Part shown: positions 12,982-26,643 of the stretch, in pieces | How positions within the stretch are numbered: position 1 is the stretch's first letter | Layout of the letters: the number at the start of each line of letters is the position of its first letter | Assembly: GCF_036321535.1 (NCBI RefSeq) | Contig: NC_087436.1 | Span: forward strand, 10,478,001 to 10,542,000 | Direction: 5' to 3' | Source of the DNA: Camelus dromedarius | Lineage: Eukaryota | DNA: 64,000 nucleotides | Translations under genes and position numbers: made by a program | The notes under the pieces: generated by a model | Seen by the model: the letters and a program-made list of their open reading frames with translations, nothing else | Told to the model about the DNA's origin: nothing | Databases searched by the model: none

Positions 12982-15379
12982 ATCCCATCACAGCCAAGTG
13001 CATATTTACACACACAGAACAACGTTTCTGACCCACTCTGTGAGGTGTGAGGGATAAAACCATCAGACATACACCCATCTGGCGCCCACTCTGTGCCTCT
13101 GCTGGGCTCTGGGGGAGAGGGTGCATAGGACACGTTTCCTGCCTGCAGGGTGTCTCAACTACAAAATAACTGAGCGCCTAACAAGGGAAGGGGGTAGAGA
13201 GGTAGTAAGCCATAAAGAGGCAGTCTGGTTGGGATCAGGTTTAGGGGGTGCAGAGAAAAGATCAGGAGTATGGGAAATATAGGAACTACTGTGCAGGAAT
13301 CAGTGGAAAGATTTAGAGCAGAAACACTGCTATCAACTCTACTTGGGCACACAACACCGATCGTAACAGTCAAAGCCACGTGGACGGGCGCTGTTTATTA
13401 AATCTGACAGCAGCCTGCACTCCGCCTCCGGTCCATGAGGGAACGAGGTAGTCTAACGTTTCCTGTCTGTCATCCCCTCAAGGGACTGTCATGGAAATAA
13501 AATATCTTGATTATGAGTTTATCCCAGTGAAAACATCCATAAATAACATCGTAAGTTCTCTGTCACGTCATGAAGAAAACTACATCAATAGTGAATTGTG
13601 GGTACTGTCTGAGGTATGAGACCTAATCAACTGATTTATTTTTGTTCTCAATGGGACAAGAAACTTGCCTCTCTTTCTAATTTGCCGAAATACAGTAATT
13701 CCCAGGTCAGAGATGAAAGAGGAAATCTTCCATGTCTTGCTTTGAAACTGCTTTTCAAAGAGTCAACCATGATGGGAAGTCTTTGTTGCCAGAAATAAAC
13801 ATACAGTTGCATCTCTGGGACTTGGTGGTGATACTAAGCCAGTGAACGCACTTAACCTCTTTGTCACTAAGGCAAAGGTGACACGGGAATGCTAACCACA
13901 CTACAGAGGGCGACGATACAGTCAGAACCTAAGCAGCCTGACAGCTCCCAGGTCCCAGGGAAGCTGCGACTCCAGAAGCTGTCTTGTCCAGACTCTCGAC
14001 TTTGGGAGGAAACGCGCCCTTTCAGTCAGCTAAGCAGCTACATTATTGAAGGGATTATGAATGTATAAACAAAGCTTTCATCATCTATACAAGCTGTCTA
14101 AATTACTGTCTTTTAATTTTGAATTCTGCCTCTTGGGATGTAGCCCCATTGAAGACCACGTTAGCTCACTTTTTTAAATAGCTTTTCTTTTTCCATTGTC
14201 ATATTAGATGTCCAATGTTGACAGCTCATTAAAATTTTAAAAAAATAATTTGATGAAAACATTGTTACATTCCAGATGAGGTGAAATATACACAATTGAG
14301 CCTCTGGGAGCCAACCGTGCAGGAAACAAGCCCGTTGCCCTTCCCCTCGTGCCGTCACTTGCTTCTGGTATCCTACATGCTTGGGAGTACCTCCCTTGGC
14401 TGTCACTGTCTCCTGCTTGGACAGCTCCCCACCACCACTGGGAATAGACAAATATGCCTAATGTTCGGAAAGTAACTTTAATGAAAGGAGACGCAGTCAA
14501 CCACATATCACGCGTACAAACCAAGACGCCCAGAGATGCTGGCGTCTGATTAGAATTTGATTATACTGCATCCACTGGCATCCACGCTGACAAGTAGAAC
14601 GCAGCACCTTCCTACCTGGTCTGTTGATTTCATGTAAGGAATTTGGTGCCTGGTGAAATCTGGTAGGTCAGATCGATTGCTTTCCTCCAAACAAGCCATT
14701 TTCTTACCGTGGCATTTTACCTAATGTGCATTTTTACACTTGTACTTGAACATCGATAGGTCCGACCTTAGAGGAATTCAGGTATTTAAAATATAACAAA
14801 GGTCAAAAATAAAACATATTCAAGATGCTTTGGAAAGATATCTAGCTGGAAATGGGTGATCGCCACATCACAGATAGTATGACCAAAAATAGGAATTGCA
14901 ATTAAGCATCTCATTTTACATTTTAAAATATTAAGCCTTGTTTTTGAACTGAGATTGGAAAAGGAAAGGAGATGTTAACATCCCTTTTCTTCCATCTTCT
15001 GTCACTGAGTATCAACAGTGGTAATATGTTCTGTTCCACTTATAATTTCAAATAAATTCCATTTAATTCATTCATTATTGTTCCTTATTTAAAACACAGA
15101 GAACTACATACAGAGGTTTTGTTTTTTTTTTCATTTTAGATAAGAAGATATGAGGGCTCATAATCACCCAGTCATTAAGGCTTCTTAACCATATTCATTA
15201 TTGTCTCCCGACTTGCTAAAAGGTTCCAGTAAACAATCCAACTCTTAATTAAGAAGTCTTAAGATTTGCTCTAAAAATGATCAGATATTGCACTATCTGA
15301 TAACAGAGTACTCAGAGCCAATACTGGAGATTTTAGAAGGATGCTATGGTTGTGATATTTTTTCCCTGAGGCTTAAAGA

Positions 15380-15568
15380 TAGGGTTACCAGATAAACTAC
15401 AAGATGCCTGGGTAAATTTAAATTTCAGATAAACAATGAATGTTTTTTCATACAAGCATACCCTAAATTTTTACTGGGACATACTTGTACTAAAAAAGTA
15501 TTTTTTTAGTCCGATATTCAAATGTAACTGATGTCTTATGTTTGTATTTCCTAACTCTCACAACTCTA
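15380..15568. mobile_element. MER53-like palindromic hAT MITE
   Basis: Ends TAGGGTTACCAGA...CAACTCTA; internal inverted symmetry; 8-bp TSD-like CTTAAAGA/TTTACAGA. Confidence 0.85.
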
Positions 15569-17859
15569 TTTACAGAGCACTGCTGTAAATATCAAGCTTT
15601 CATCCCACCATCCTGGGCCCTTTGCCTGCCCCACTCTGCGTCTAATCCAGAGACATCTAATAAATCTATCACGAAGTAGTGAATTGATGTTCTTTGATCT
15701 TTCTTTGGTGGAGGAAGGTATAAACATGTCTTTGAATTGCATAGACCGTGATTATTAACCATTTCCTCTACCAATTACTACACTGGGATTAAAAAAAATG
15801 TTCCCCATTTATTCAATGAGGGAGGAAGCCCTGATTTATTAGGTTTTATAAATAGTGTCTAAAAGCTGGCTTCAGAATAAAGAGATTGATGTTTGATTGT
15901 CAGATGCGCCCAAGGCACTTAGCGGAGCGGTCCAGGGGACTGCAACTTTGTAGGATGCGCCAGCCTACGTGGTGTCCTGAGAGGCCCTCATCGTCCCCTG
16001 GAACCTGGGGACCAAATCTTTGCTTAAAAGATTTCTAGAAAGAAAGAACAAAGCAGTCTTGTATTAAGAAAATTCAATAATTATTAAAAAAAAACTCTCT
16101 AGTGTCACCTGAATGTTGACTGTTTCCTTTTCTATCTTAAAATGTGCTTTACTATATGACCGTACTTGGGCATTCCTTCATTTTCCTTAGTATTCCAAGT
16201 ACATTTTTAAATGGAGGGTCCAAGCCTCTCTTGCCTCTGAGAGGTCGTGGGTACAAATGTGACAAACTAGCACTGGGGCTGCATCCCCCCTCCCCCTCGT
16301 CTTTCATATTTACTGACCACGACCCTGGTTCCAAGACCTCTCAGTACTTGAGAAGGTCATGGGTGAGGCTGGGGTCACCAGACCTTTGAAACATCACCAT
16401 CACAGAGCTGACTGATTTCAAACTACCCTGACCACATTCATGAGATCTCATTTATCCTTGTTCTAAAACTGCCATCCTTAAACTTGCAAACTTACATAAA
16501 CATAATTACATGCCAGGAGACAGCCCAAGCTAGCAATCAGACATGGTATACACTTTAGAAAATGGTTAATAATTGACAAAACTACTTTATCTAAAAACCA
16601 ATAGGACTGAATGAATGCTAAAGCTGTTTTACTTCTAAAGATTTTTTTAAAATTTAATAAGAGAACTTCAAAAAAAATTAATGGCCGTCACTTGAAAACG
16701 AATGCCCCAATCTCCAGGAGTGAGAATTACTTTTCTCTGCAGTTGGCAATGCTTGAGGATAAATTTGGAAAAGTATTCCATTTAAATCAGAGGGGGTCCT
16801 GAAAGGAGAATAAGCAAATAAGGCGGTGTGTAGGGTTGAGGATGAAAAATACATACATGAACACACATAGCAGTAAATGAAACTGAGCCGTACTAAGCTT
16901 TCCCAGTCAATGACAGGCACCAGCCTCCTCACTCAGGCTGCTACATCACGCAAGGTTCCCAAGGTAGGAGCGTCCCTCGTGGTGGGGAATGGACAGCGGC
17001 TGCCTCACCCAGTCATTTAATTTCCGCATATTTCAATGTCCCTTAGTTTAGACATGACCTGTTAAGTGCATTTCAAGGTCATTTAATCTAGTTTAGTAAA
17101 TCAATCTCCCTTGTTGAATAAGTGGTTTATAACTATCTTAAAAGACACCATAGATTGAAATTATTTAATCAGATCTTACATAGACTCACAAATACCAGTA
17201 AAAGTTTAAGACTATGATTTGAAGTAGGTACCAGTGATACGCCCTGTTATCTCTGTGCTTTGGAATTTGCCATATTAGCTAAATGACTGTATGACATTAT
17301 CATCATAGATAACATTTAAAATATCATAATCAATATTTTTTTAAATGTATAATCTTTTCCAGCATTATCTCACTTTTTCAATTTCTATTTTTGTGTGTGT
17401 TTTATAGTCTACACAATGTGATGATTCACTATATAGCTTGTTACATATTGCTTATTAACAAATATAGCAAAATAAAATATATTGGGAAAGGTATAGTAAT
17501 ATTTTTAAATAATAAAGTGTCTCAATAAAAAAAAATTGAAGGCCTTTGGTTTTAACTATTATGAGGCAGTTTGTAAAGAAAATAGATGCTAGGAAGACAT
17601 TACAAAAATAATCACCCAAATCCTGTAATTAATTAAGGTCAATAGAATAAACAGAAGAGGATAGGGTTGGAGATTCTCCTGTTCATATGTAGAAAATATG
17701 TATAAAATGTAAACATAATTGAAGAAGGAAAGACCTTTTGTGATCCAGAAAACCTACTTAAGATTTCTCACTTCCAAAGTGAAAAGCAAGTTGCATTTTC
17801 CTTGATGTGGGTTCAGGATAGAAAGGGCTTCCGGCAGGAGAAAATCTGAAAGATCCTTT

Positions 17860-17949
17860 AAAAGAAAATTGCAATATAGTTGATTTACAATGTGTGTTAG
17901 TTTCTGGTGTACTGCATAGTGATTCAGTTATAAAGGTATATATATACAC

Positions 17950-18013
<64 letters not shown>

Positions 18014-18092
18014 TTTTCAGATTCTTTTCCATTATAGGTTATTACAAGATATTGAGCATAGTTTCCTGTGCTATACAGTAAATCCCTGTTGT
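17860..18092 (-). mobile_element. L1 3'-end fragment containing a (TA)n run
   Basis: Reverse complement matches the L1 3' terminus at 30060-30220 and 55540-55700. Confidence 0.85.
17957..18011. repeat. (TA)~27 microsatellite
   Basis: Perfect TA run. Confidence 0.97.
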
Positions 18093-18938
18093 AAGTTCAA
18101 AGCCCAGAACAACATTGGGCTTTGGGTGCAAGGAACCTTTCTCCTATAAGATAAACAGGAATTTTGGAAAGATAAGATGAAGAAGTCAAGGATTACCTAA
18201 ACTTTCGCTTTGAACCCTCTTCTCACCCTGCCCCAAATATTCATGCCTAAGGGACTTTTCCATTTCGACACCTTCAGATACTACACTTTCCAGTCCAGAA
18301 CTCTCCCTTGAGTATTTCTACCTGAATTCATTCTTTCTTCCACATGTATTTACTGCAGAGCCTCCTGAAGCTCTGACTTTAGCAAGGGAACACACTCATC
18401 TTTGCACTTTGAGTATTCTTGTCTGGGTGACAGTCATTTCTCACTGTCAATTGATAAACTGCAGACTGGTTCCGTTTGTCTGATTCATTAGGTCAGCGTC
18501 CACTCCTGAGAAATGAATGAAGTATTGGTGTGCTTTCCAATTCACTGTCTGAGCTCTTAAGGCTGAGGATCCAACAGACAGCTGGAAATTCAAGGCACAA
18601 TACTTGCGAAGTTTCCTTGGGAGGTAGCATGAGGCCCTCTTCTTGGAGAGCATTACAGCATTTCTCTAATATCCTTACCATTTCATGTGCAGCAAGCACT
18701 GTTTCATTTTGCTATTTAATTTCTGCACCACATGCCAGACACTGTGCTAGAAGCTGAGACACGAAGTTGTTCAGTATGGTCCCTATGAGATAGAAGCATG
18801 TATCTAAGCAAATTTACATTCACAGTAAATTATATCAACTATTACCTATGGTGAGATAAATGCTATTCAAGCTCTGGGCTGATGCTTGACCTGAGTTTCA
18901 GTAACATTCTGGAGTTAATGAGGAATCAGGAAATGACC

Positions 18939-19759
18939 TGTATGAGAAAATAGGAAATCTATATATTGGTGATTGCTCCCCTCCCTGGTTCCAGGAACAA
19001 GGCTCCTAAAACCCTTGTAATTTCCTAAGTGATAAGAAGGCTAGAGGCATCTTTTGTTCTAATGAGGTGACTTGGGGTAAGGGGGGCTCCTGGGTGAGAG
19101 CGGGTCACCAGAAAGACCAAGCCATGATTAGAAACTTAATTTTCACCTGCATCCCCCATCCTCCAGAAAGGGGAGAGGGGCTGGAATGGAGTTAATGATG
19201 TGAGGAAGCTTCCGTAAAGATCCCCGTAGCGTAGGGTCCTAGGAGCTTCCAGGTGAGTGAACACATCCACACGCTGGGAGAGGATACACCCCTTCTTCTC
19301 CTGGGGACAGAAGCTCCTGCACTCCAGACCCTCCCAGACCTCGTGTTGTGTATCTCTTCATCTGGGTCTTCATCTGTAGCCCTCATCACATCTTTTAATA
19401 AGCGAGCAAATTGTTTCCCTGAGTTCCTTGAGCCACTCTAGCAGATTATTTGAACCAGAAGAAGGGGTTGTAGCCAAGTCAGACAGAAGCAGCGGGTAAC
19501 CCAGGATCCACAATGCTTGTGGTGGGTATTTCAAGTGGGATGGGAGCAGCCTTGTGGGACGCAGCTTTAACCTGTGGGGTCTGATGCCAGCTCCAGGTAC
19601 AGAGTGTCAGAATTGAGTTAAATTGTAGGACACCCTGCTGGGACCCCAGAGAATTGCTTGCTGTGGGGGAAAACTCCCACACCCCTGGCATCCACAGTGT
19701 CCTGTGTGTGAGAGTAGTGTGACAGCAACACAAGAGGAGGACTGTAGGTTTTTGCAACA
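18939..19759 (+). mobile_element. MER21-like solo LTR
   Basis: Diagnostic motifs CTCCTAAAACCCTTG, CACCAGAAAGACCAAG and GTGTCAGAATTGAGTTAAATTGTAGGACACCC; TG...CA ends. Confidence 0.85.
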
Positions 19760-19877
19760 GAAAACGTTAGGGGAGGGAAAATAATGGAGAAAATAGAGAC
19801 ATCGTATGAAGTGCCATGTTCTGGGGACACACGTGGTTTATCATAGTTTAGGATAATATCATGTAAATTACATTACA

Positions 19878-20105
19878 ATAACAAGCAATGTTTATGACGT
19901 CTTGACCATGTGCCGGACACTGTTCTAAGTGCTTTATAAATATCAAGCCATTTAATCCTTTAATAATCCTAGGGGGCAGATGGTCTTTTCATCTCAACTT
20001 TAGGGATAAGGAACTGAGGTACAAGAAGATTAAATATCTTGCTCAGTCTTGGAATCAGGGCCTGATTCCAGGGCGTGGGAATCCAGAGGCTTCCCCTTTA
20101 GCAAA
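19878..20105 (-). mobile_element. MIR SINE
   Basis: ATGTGCCGGACACTGTTCTAAGTGCTTT...GAACTGAGG, the MIR core in reverse orientation. Confidence 0.75.
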
Positions 20106-20498
20106 GAGGCTACGTAATGTGGTAACTTCTTATGCGTTTCTACGAAATTATAAACATACTTAGAGCACAGACTGTCTCATCACCACGTAGTACAGCCAAA
20201 CACACTCAACAAATATACGTTACGTGGTGGGAGAAAAGAGGCCAGATAACAGATAAAAGATCGACAAGAGGGATTCTGACTGAGTTTCTCAGACCTTAGT
20301 CCCGGGAATGCCTGTGTCTCACTGAGTAACATCTGCTCCCCGTCATGTGTGACAAGAATCACGTCCTGACGCCATTTCCTTTTTCTACTGTGTTTTATGG
20401 ACCAGAAGTCCTACCTTCCTGAGCACATACCCTTATGACAAATCTGCCTGGTAAGTGATTATTGCCAAACCACCATCTACAGATGAAAAAGAAAACTC

Positions 20499-20636
20499 TT
20501 TTTCTGTGGAGGCGGGGGGTGATAATTAGGTTTATTTATTTATTTACTATTTATTTCTTAATGGAGGTGCTGGGGATTGAACCCAGGACCTCGTGCATGC
20601 TAAGCAGGCACTCTACCACTGAGCTATATACTCCCC
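20499..20636 (-). mobile_element. tRNA-Ala-derived SINE (camelid vic-1 type)
   Basis: Minus strand reads GGGGAGTATATAGCTCAGTGGTAGAG...GGTTCAATCCCCAGCACCTCCA, then (TAAA)n, a C-rich segment and an A-rich tail. Confidence 0.9.
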
Positions 20637-20849
20637 ACTAAAAAAAAAAATTCTTAATAGTAAATACCATATACTATTTTTGTTACTTTTTAAATGTAGG
20701 AAGTTATGTTGAAATTTCTGATGTTTTCGTGTCAGAATTAGTAAGTAAAAAGAATTTTCTGTGCTTATATCACAAAATATTCTGGGTGGTTTGAAATTTT
20801 TAAATGGACTCTCCCTTCCCATCTTTATTCTTTATGCTGTTTATTTTTT

Positions 20850-21092
20850 GAGCGGCAATAAAAATGCCAGACTGCCTGAGATCAAACCCTGACCCTTGAC
20901 CTCCATTAACTGTGTGACTTTGGGCAAATTATTTGATCCATCTGTGCCTCAGTTTCCTCATCTATAAAACCATGTGATAACAAATCTTCTTCATTGTGCT
21001 GTTGTAAGGATTTAATGAGCTAATATTATGTCAGGCCCTCACAACTGTGTCTGGCAAACAGTAAACACTTTTTAAAAGTTAGTTACTACTAT
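20850..21092 (+). mobile_element. MIR SINE
   Basis: CTGTGTGACTTTGGGCAAATT...CTGTGCCTCAGTTTCCTCATCTATAAAA core. Confidence 0.9.
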
Positions 21093-23469
21093 GTTCATTC
21101 TTAAAGTATAGCCAGATTTATTCCTTCATTCATTCAACAAGTATGTTTTAGGAATGTGCTCGATGCTGGGCGTGCTTCCGGCAATAAGAATGCAGCAGTG
21201 AATCAAAGAGAAAGTGTTCTGCCTTAGGAAGCCTACATTCTACTGCGGGGACACAGATACTAAGCAGATAAGTCAATATAAGTATGTCAGCTGGGGTGGT
21301 GCAGATAAACCAGTGCCTGGAAAGCAGGAAAAAGGATAGGAAATGGAGGGGTTATTTAATCAGAACAGGGAGTAAGTATCGGAAGGAAATGAAGAAAGGA
21401 GTAGCAGCTTCAAGAGGCAAATTATTTCTCCACAGAGTGTACGTCAGGTTTCACTCAGGAAAGCAGAAGCCATTCTTTGTATTCCAAGCAGGAAGTGTTT
21501 TCATATTAAAAACATGCACATGCTTTGGAAGGGCTGGGGAGGGAAGGTCAGGGCATCTGATGCCAAACATGGTGGCCATCAATACTGAATGGCTTTTTAC
21601 AAGTTGAAGTTCTTAAGAGTTTAGACCATCTTGAATCTCAAGAACTCCAGAAGCTCTGCTGGTAGACTCCAACCCAGCAAATTCAGTAAAAGCAATGAAG
21701 TGGCTCTTCCAGTAATCTTGTAGAAAGCTTAAGATGGGTAAGCAGTGATGAGAGGTAGTCAGATTCTGGATTTATTTTTAGTGGTTTGGATGTGGTTTGA
21801 GGGAGGGGAGAGTGGTGAGAGGTTAATACAGGAAGACCTGAGGTTTTGGATCAGAGCAATTAGGAAAATGGGGTGGTCATTACATGAGATGGGAGCAGTG
21901 TTAATTGTTAGGTTTTGAGAAGGAGGGATTAGAAATTTATTTTAAGCATATTTAAATTAGCAATGTTTATTAGACTCTGTAAGGAGCACCAAGAAGAGAG
22001 ACACCTGAGTACAGGCTTCAGGGGAGAGATTCTGGGATGCAGGCATAAATTTGTGCATAATGAGCATGTGCTTGAGTTTTAGAGCCGAGAGATGGGCGAA
22101 ATCTCCTGAGGAGTAAGTAAAAACAGAGAAGAGAAGAGAAGAGGTTTAAAGATTCAGCCCCAGAGGACTACAAAGTTGGTAAATAAGGAGACTGTGCAGA
22201 GCCAGTAAAGAAGTCTGAAGAAAAACAGCAGCTAAGGAAGCCAGGAGGAGGTAAACCAGGAGAGTGTGGGGTGTTCTGAGAAGCAACGGCACTGTTACAA
22301 GGAGGAGGAATTAACCATGTAGATTAAATGCTCTGTCAGAAGACAACTGAGAGGTGGCCCTTAAATTAGGAGGGGGACAGTCACTGGTGACTGTGACAGA
22401 AGAAAAAGAGAAGAAGAAAGCAAGCTGGCTTGAGTGGACTCAAGAGAGAAAGCGAAGGCATTCAGTGAAAGTAGAAAATGTGGACAATTCTGAGGCTTTT
22501 TTCTGCGTAAGGGAATAGAGACATGGAGCAGAGCTGGAATGGTGTGGCGGGCTATGAGATCTTTCATTGTTTAAGATGAGATTAACGACATGTTTAAATA
22601 AATGTTTAAAATGAGATTAATGAGATAATGTGCTTGAATGTTGATGGGAATGAGGGAGGACAAGGAGAAAACTGAAGATTTCTAAAAGAATTTCCCCAGT
22701 GACTTGGAGTAACATGGAGGGAACTGTGTCTAACACACAAGTTGAGGCATTGCCTTGGCTGAGATCTTGGGCACTTACACCTCAGCTGAAGGAGGGAAGT
22801 GTGAAGTGTAGACGCGCAGATCAACGGATGGGTAGGTGATGTTGGAAGGGCTTACAGACTCATGGAAGTTCTCTTCTGATCGCACAAAGCAAGGGCATCA
22901 GTTGAGAGGGAGGCTGAGAGAGGAGGTCTCAGGAGTTCAGGGTGAGGGTATGAACTAGCTGATCAGTTCAGTAAGAGAGTGAATGAGCTAGAGGAACAGG
23001 GGTAGCTGGGTAGCTCTATGGGTCTGCTTGTGCTAAGTGGCCAGGAAGTTACAGGGAGGTGTGGGAAGCCTGGTTTTCTTCAGCCACATTCACGGCACAG
23101 CTAAGTGCCCAGAGCAGGCAAAGAATTAGATTGGAGGTTTAATCTAATTAAACTAGACCTGGAGGTTTTCCAATCAAATACCCAGAAGGAATAGAAGATC
23201 AAGCAAGATGAATGGTAAATACAGGGAGAGATTATAATGATGGCTCATGGAATCTAAGTTGTGTAAAAAGGAAACTGAGAAGCTCACTGGGCTAAAGACG
23301 GTGAAAAGTGGTAAGATCAATGGATTCAAAGTCTAAGGGGAGGGGTCTAAAACTTGCTGGAGACGGGTTCTAGAGAAAGCGAGCTAGAAACACTGGCATG
23401 AGGTCAGAGAGGGTAAACATGGAGATAAGACTAAGAAATGGGTAGAGTTATTGTTAATGACAAAGTCTA

Positions 23470-23980
23470 AGCTGCAGTGTATAAGATGGTCCTCACATGT
23501 GGCTATTTAAATTAATTAAAATTCAGTAAAATTAGAATTCACTTTCTTAGTCACAAAAGCTATATTTCGGTGCTCAATAGCCATATGGGTCTTATTCTCT
23601 TCCAGCTGCAAAAATAGATGACTTGGAAGCTGGAAAGTCCAAGATCAAAATAATAGCAGACTCGTTTGTCCAGTATGAAATTGCTTCCTGGCTCATGGAC
23701 AGCCATCTCTTTGTCCTCACATGGCAGAAGGGATGAGGGAGCTCTCTAAGACCTATTTTATGAGGGTTCCATCCTCACAACCTAATCGACCCCCCAAAGG
23801 CTCCACCTCCAAATCCCACCACATTGGGGGTGAGGTTTCAACATACAAATTTTAGGGGGACACCCAGACATTCAGTCTATAAATTTTAGGGGGACACATT
23901 CAGTCTATAGCACTATTGTATTGCACACCATAGGTACAGAACATTCTCATCACTGCAGAAAGTCCTACTGAACAGACCTG
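23470..23980. mobile_element. MER3-like hAT-Charlie MITE split by an MLT1A LTR
   Basis: CACATGTGGCTATTTAAATT...GTGCTCAATAGCCA on the left; AGAACATTCTCATCACTGCAGAAAGT on the right. Confidence 0.75.
23590..23912 (-). mobile_element. MLT1A-like MaLR LTR
   Basis: Minus strand starts TGCTATAGACTGAATG...CCCCCTAAAATT...ATGTTGAAACC; its 5' end is internally duplicated. Confidence 0.85.
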
Positions 23981-26580
23981 GTGCACAGTAATAGCCCTAG
24001 GAAGGGATGGCTTAGTTAGAATGGAGACTAGGATATTGGAGACGAGAAGGACAAAGGAATGATATACAAGATAATTGGAAGGATCAATTATTACAGGAAC
24101 AATTTCGAAGCGAGATACCCATTTTGAACAGAACAGAAAACAATTTTGAAGGGCACTATCCAGGCGCTAACATGTCTGAGGAATACAGGGTAATTCATCA
24201 AAGGTCTGCAGGTGATTATGACAAAGAGGGGTATTAGGTAGGATGTTTTGTTAGAATGAGTTTTGATGCCTGTGGTTTTTAGGGAAGAGGGAGGCACAGT
24301 GATCTGAAAGGAATTAGGAATCATTCCACATAACAGGGAGAGCGGAGTGTGGAGTGATTTATCAGCAAATCCATTACCTGTGGCACCAACTCCCTGCCCT
24401 ACACTTCCTCTGTTTAAATACTCAGAGCATTTTCTACTTTCCTAATTAGAAAGAGACACATTCTTATTTATGTATTTATTCCTTACTTATTATTTACTTT
24501 TTAATTTTCACTGCACTTTTGTTTGATGCATTGTTTGATACAGTAGGTTTCCTTTTTCATACTAATTGCATATTTGGGGATTTATAATATTTCAGTTCTG
24601 GAAATATCACTAACCTGGGACAAGCCAGCTCTCTGTCATCACTGGGAAAATTTCTGGTAGATCTCAAACCTGACCTTTTTTTTTTCCCCTTTGCTTCCTA
24701 GTTCAACACCAGGAACAGACTGGTGTCTAATAAATGCATAAATATTCAGAGAACTTTATCAGGCAAGTTTGAAATATGTTACACTTGTTTATATTCATTT
24801 TATTTTTTCTGACTTCACACTACTTAGTATAATTAATCTGTATTTCAAATATCAGTGTTGTATCACTGCTTAAGCAAGCTTTAAGCCCAGGGGACACCAT
24901 ATGAAAAGAGAATAGGTCACCAAGATCTTGTCAGGGTGCAATTTTGAGAGCTTTGTTGTGTCAAACATACAGAGCTCTCAAATTTGTAATAATTATTTCT
25001 GGGCTTTATCTTGGCAGCATACAAACAGTAATTAAATCTTCACCGTGAGACGGTAATTGTCTTCTTGATTTCTTACCCAGGTCCCATGGAGATAAGCGAC
25101 TTTACCAGCTCCTAGTAAAGTACTTTTAACAACTGAATTTCTAAAAGGAAAATCTAGAATAGAAGGTGTTAACTAAACACAAAAACCGAGATTCCCAGTT
25201 ATGTTCTTTGCACATCGTTCCTGCTTTGGGTTTAGGTTTCTCATTTTTAAAGATTAAAATACATTTCCAGTGTGGATCCAATATGGATCCGATACGGTCA
25301 AGTGGATCCACTTACTCCAAAATACGTTTCACAAAGGAGTCCTCTGGCCTATGGAAACGGATGAACTCTCAGCGCTCAAAAATGAAGGCAAACAAAAGGC
25401 TGGAAGAGCAGTCGTCATCTCACAGGACAAGCAAAGGTTTACTGCTGCACTTCCAAAATACACGCCCTGCTCCCTTAAGAGGGAACCTCCTTCCCCTGAC
25501 TGCTTGCCCCTGGGCATTAGTGGAACTTCAGTTCCCTTCACCAGCTCAAAGCTAGTCTGAACAGAAGGAAACCAGGCTGCTTCAGAAAGCACAGCAAATC
25601 GCCCTGGACTTGGTTTTTTCCCTTCCAATGTGCACGACTTGTTGATCATCCTCTGAGCCTCATGGTCAATTACTTGAATGATGGCAGATAACTCTGTACC
25701 AGACTGACCTGCTGTGTATTTCACCATCATCAAATGACACTGCCTGCGATTCACCTGTCCCTTTTCAATGAAACAGTAAAGGGTTTCCATAGATTTTTTT
25801 AAAAAGCAAAAATAAAATACTACCAGAAAACCCCTCAGCCCACTGGCATTTTAGCAATTTAATTTTGAACATGTAGCAAATAAGAAACAAAACATGTCAG
25901 ATGGCCTCATCTGCTCACTGCATTTCCTGTTTTAAGTTAACAAAGGAAATGAGGGTAAAAGTGTGAGTACTGTGTCCTAGGCAGCTCTCTTCCAGACTAG
26001 AAACCTTTTAAATGTATTATCTACAGCAGTGATACAACATATTTCCTTATTATATATTCCACCCTTCATTCTTTCTTTCTTTTATTCATTCCTTGCCTAA
26101 AACATTACACTGACATGTAACATATAGAACGTATAAGAGTAGAACTGTCTTGTGTCAGATAGAAACAGACCACTTAAGCTTGCTCATAAGCCAACCAGAT
26201 GGCCCACCGAGGCTCTGTGCAGCTTAAAAACACTTTAAAAAAATAGTTTATAAAATACTCCTTGAGAAATCTGCTGCTTGAGTTGTGAAAGTACAAGCTG
26301 CTATGGTTGTCATCATCTAGCAAGTATCAGTCATAAAGTATCGGTCATAAAGAATACAGGCATATTGAAAAAATAACTTTTAAAATGAGTTTATGTAAAG
26401 AGTTATTGACATGATACTCTGTAAAGACAACCTGTGGGACTCCACACAAAAACTATGGTAACTAATAAATTAATTCAGCAAGACAGTGGGATTTGAGATT
26501 AATATCTAGAAATCTGCTGCATTTCTTACATTAGTAATGAAATATCAGAAAGAGAAAGTTAAAAAAATCCCATTTAAAAT

Positions 26581-26643
26581 TATATCCTATATATATATAT
26601 ATATATATATATATCCTATATATATATATATATATATATATAT
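26581..26643. repeat. Compound (TA)n-CC-(TA)n microsatellite within L1
   Basis: Directly visible. Confidence 0.95.

Larger units (their letters stand above)
21120..24330 (-). mobile_element. Long fragmented L2 (3' end at left), interrupted by later insertions
   Basis: TTCATTCATTCAACAAGTAT L2 3' terminus followed by purine-rich antisense L2-like body; boundaries approximate. Confidence 0.7.

Noticed and set aside
20562..20636. Genuine tRNA-Ala(AGC) gene
   Set aside because: Altered 5' acceptor stem, SINE-type tail and a homologous decayed copy at 31.7 kb indicate a SINE
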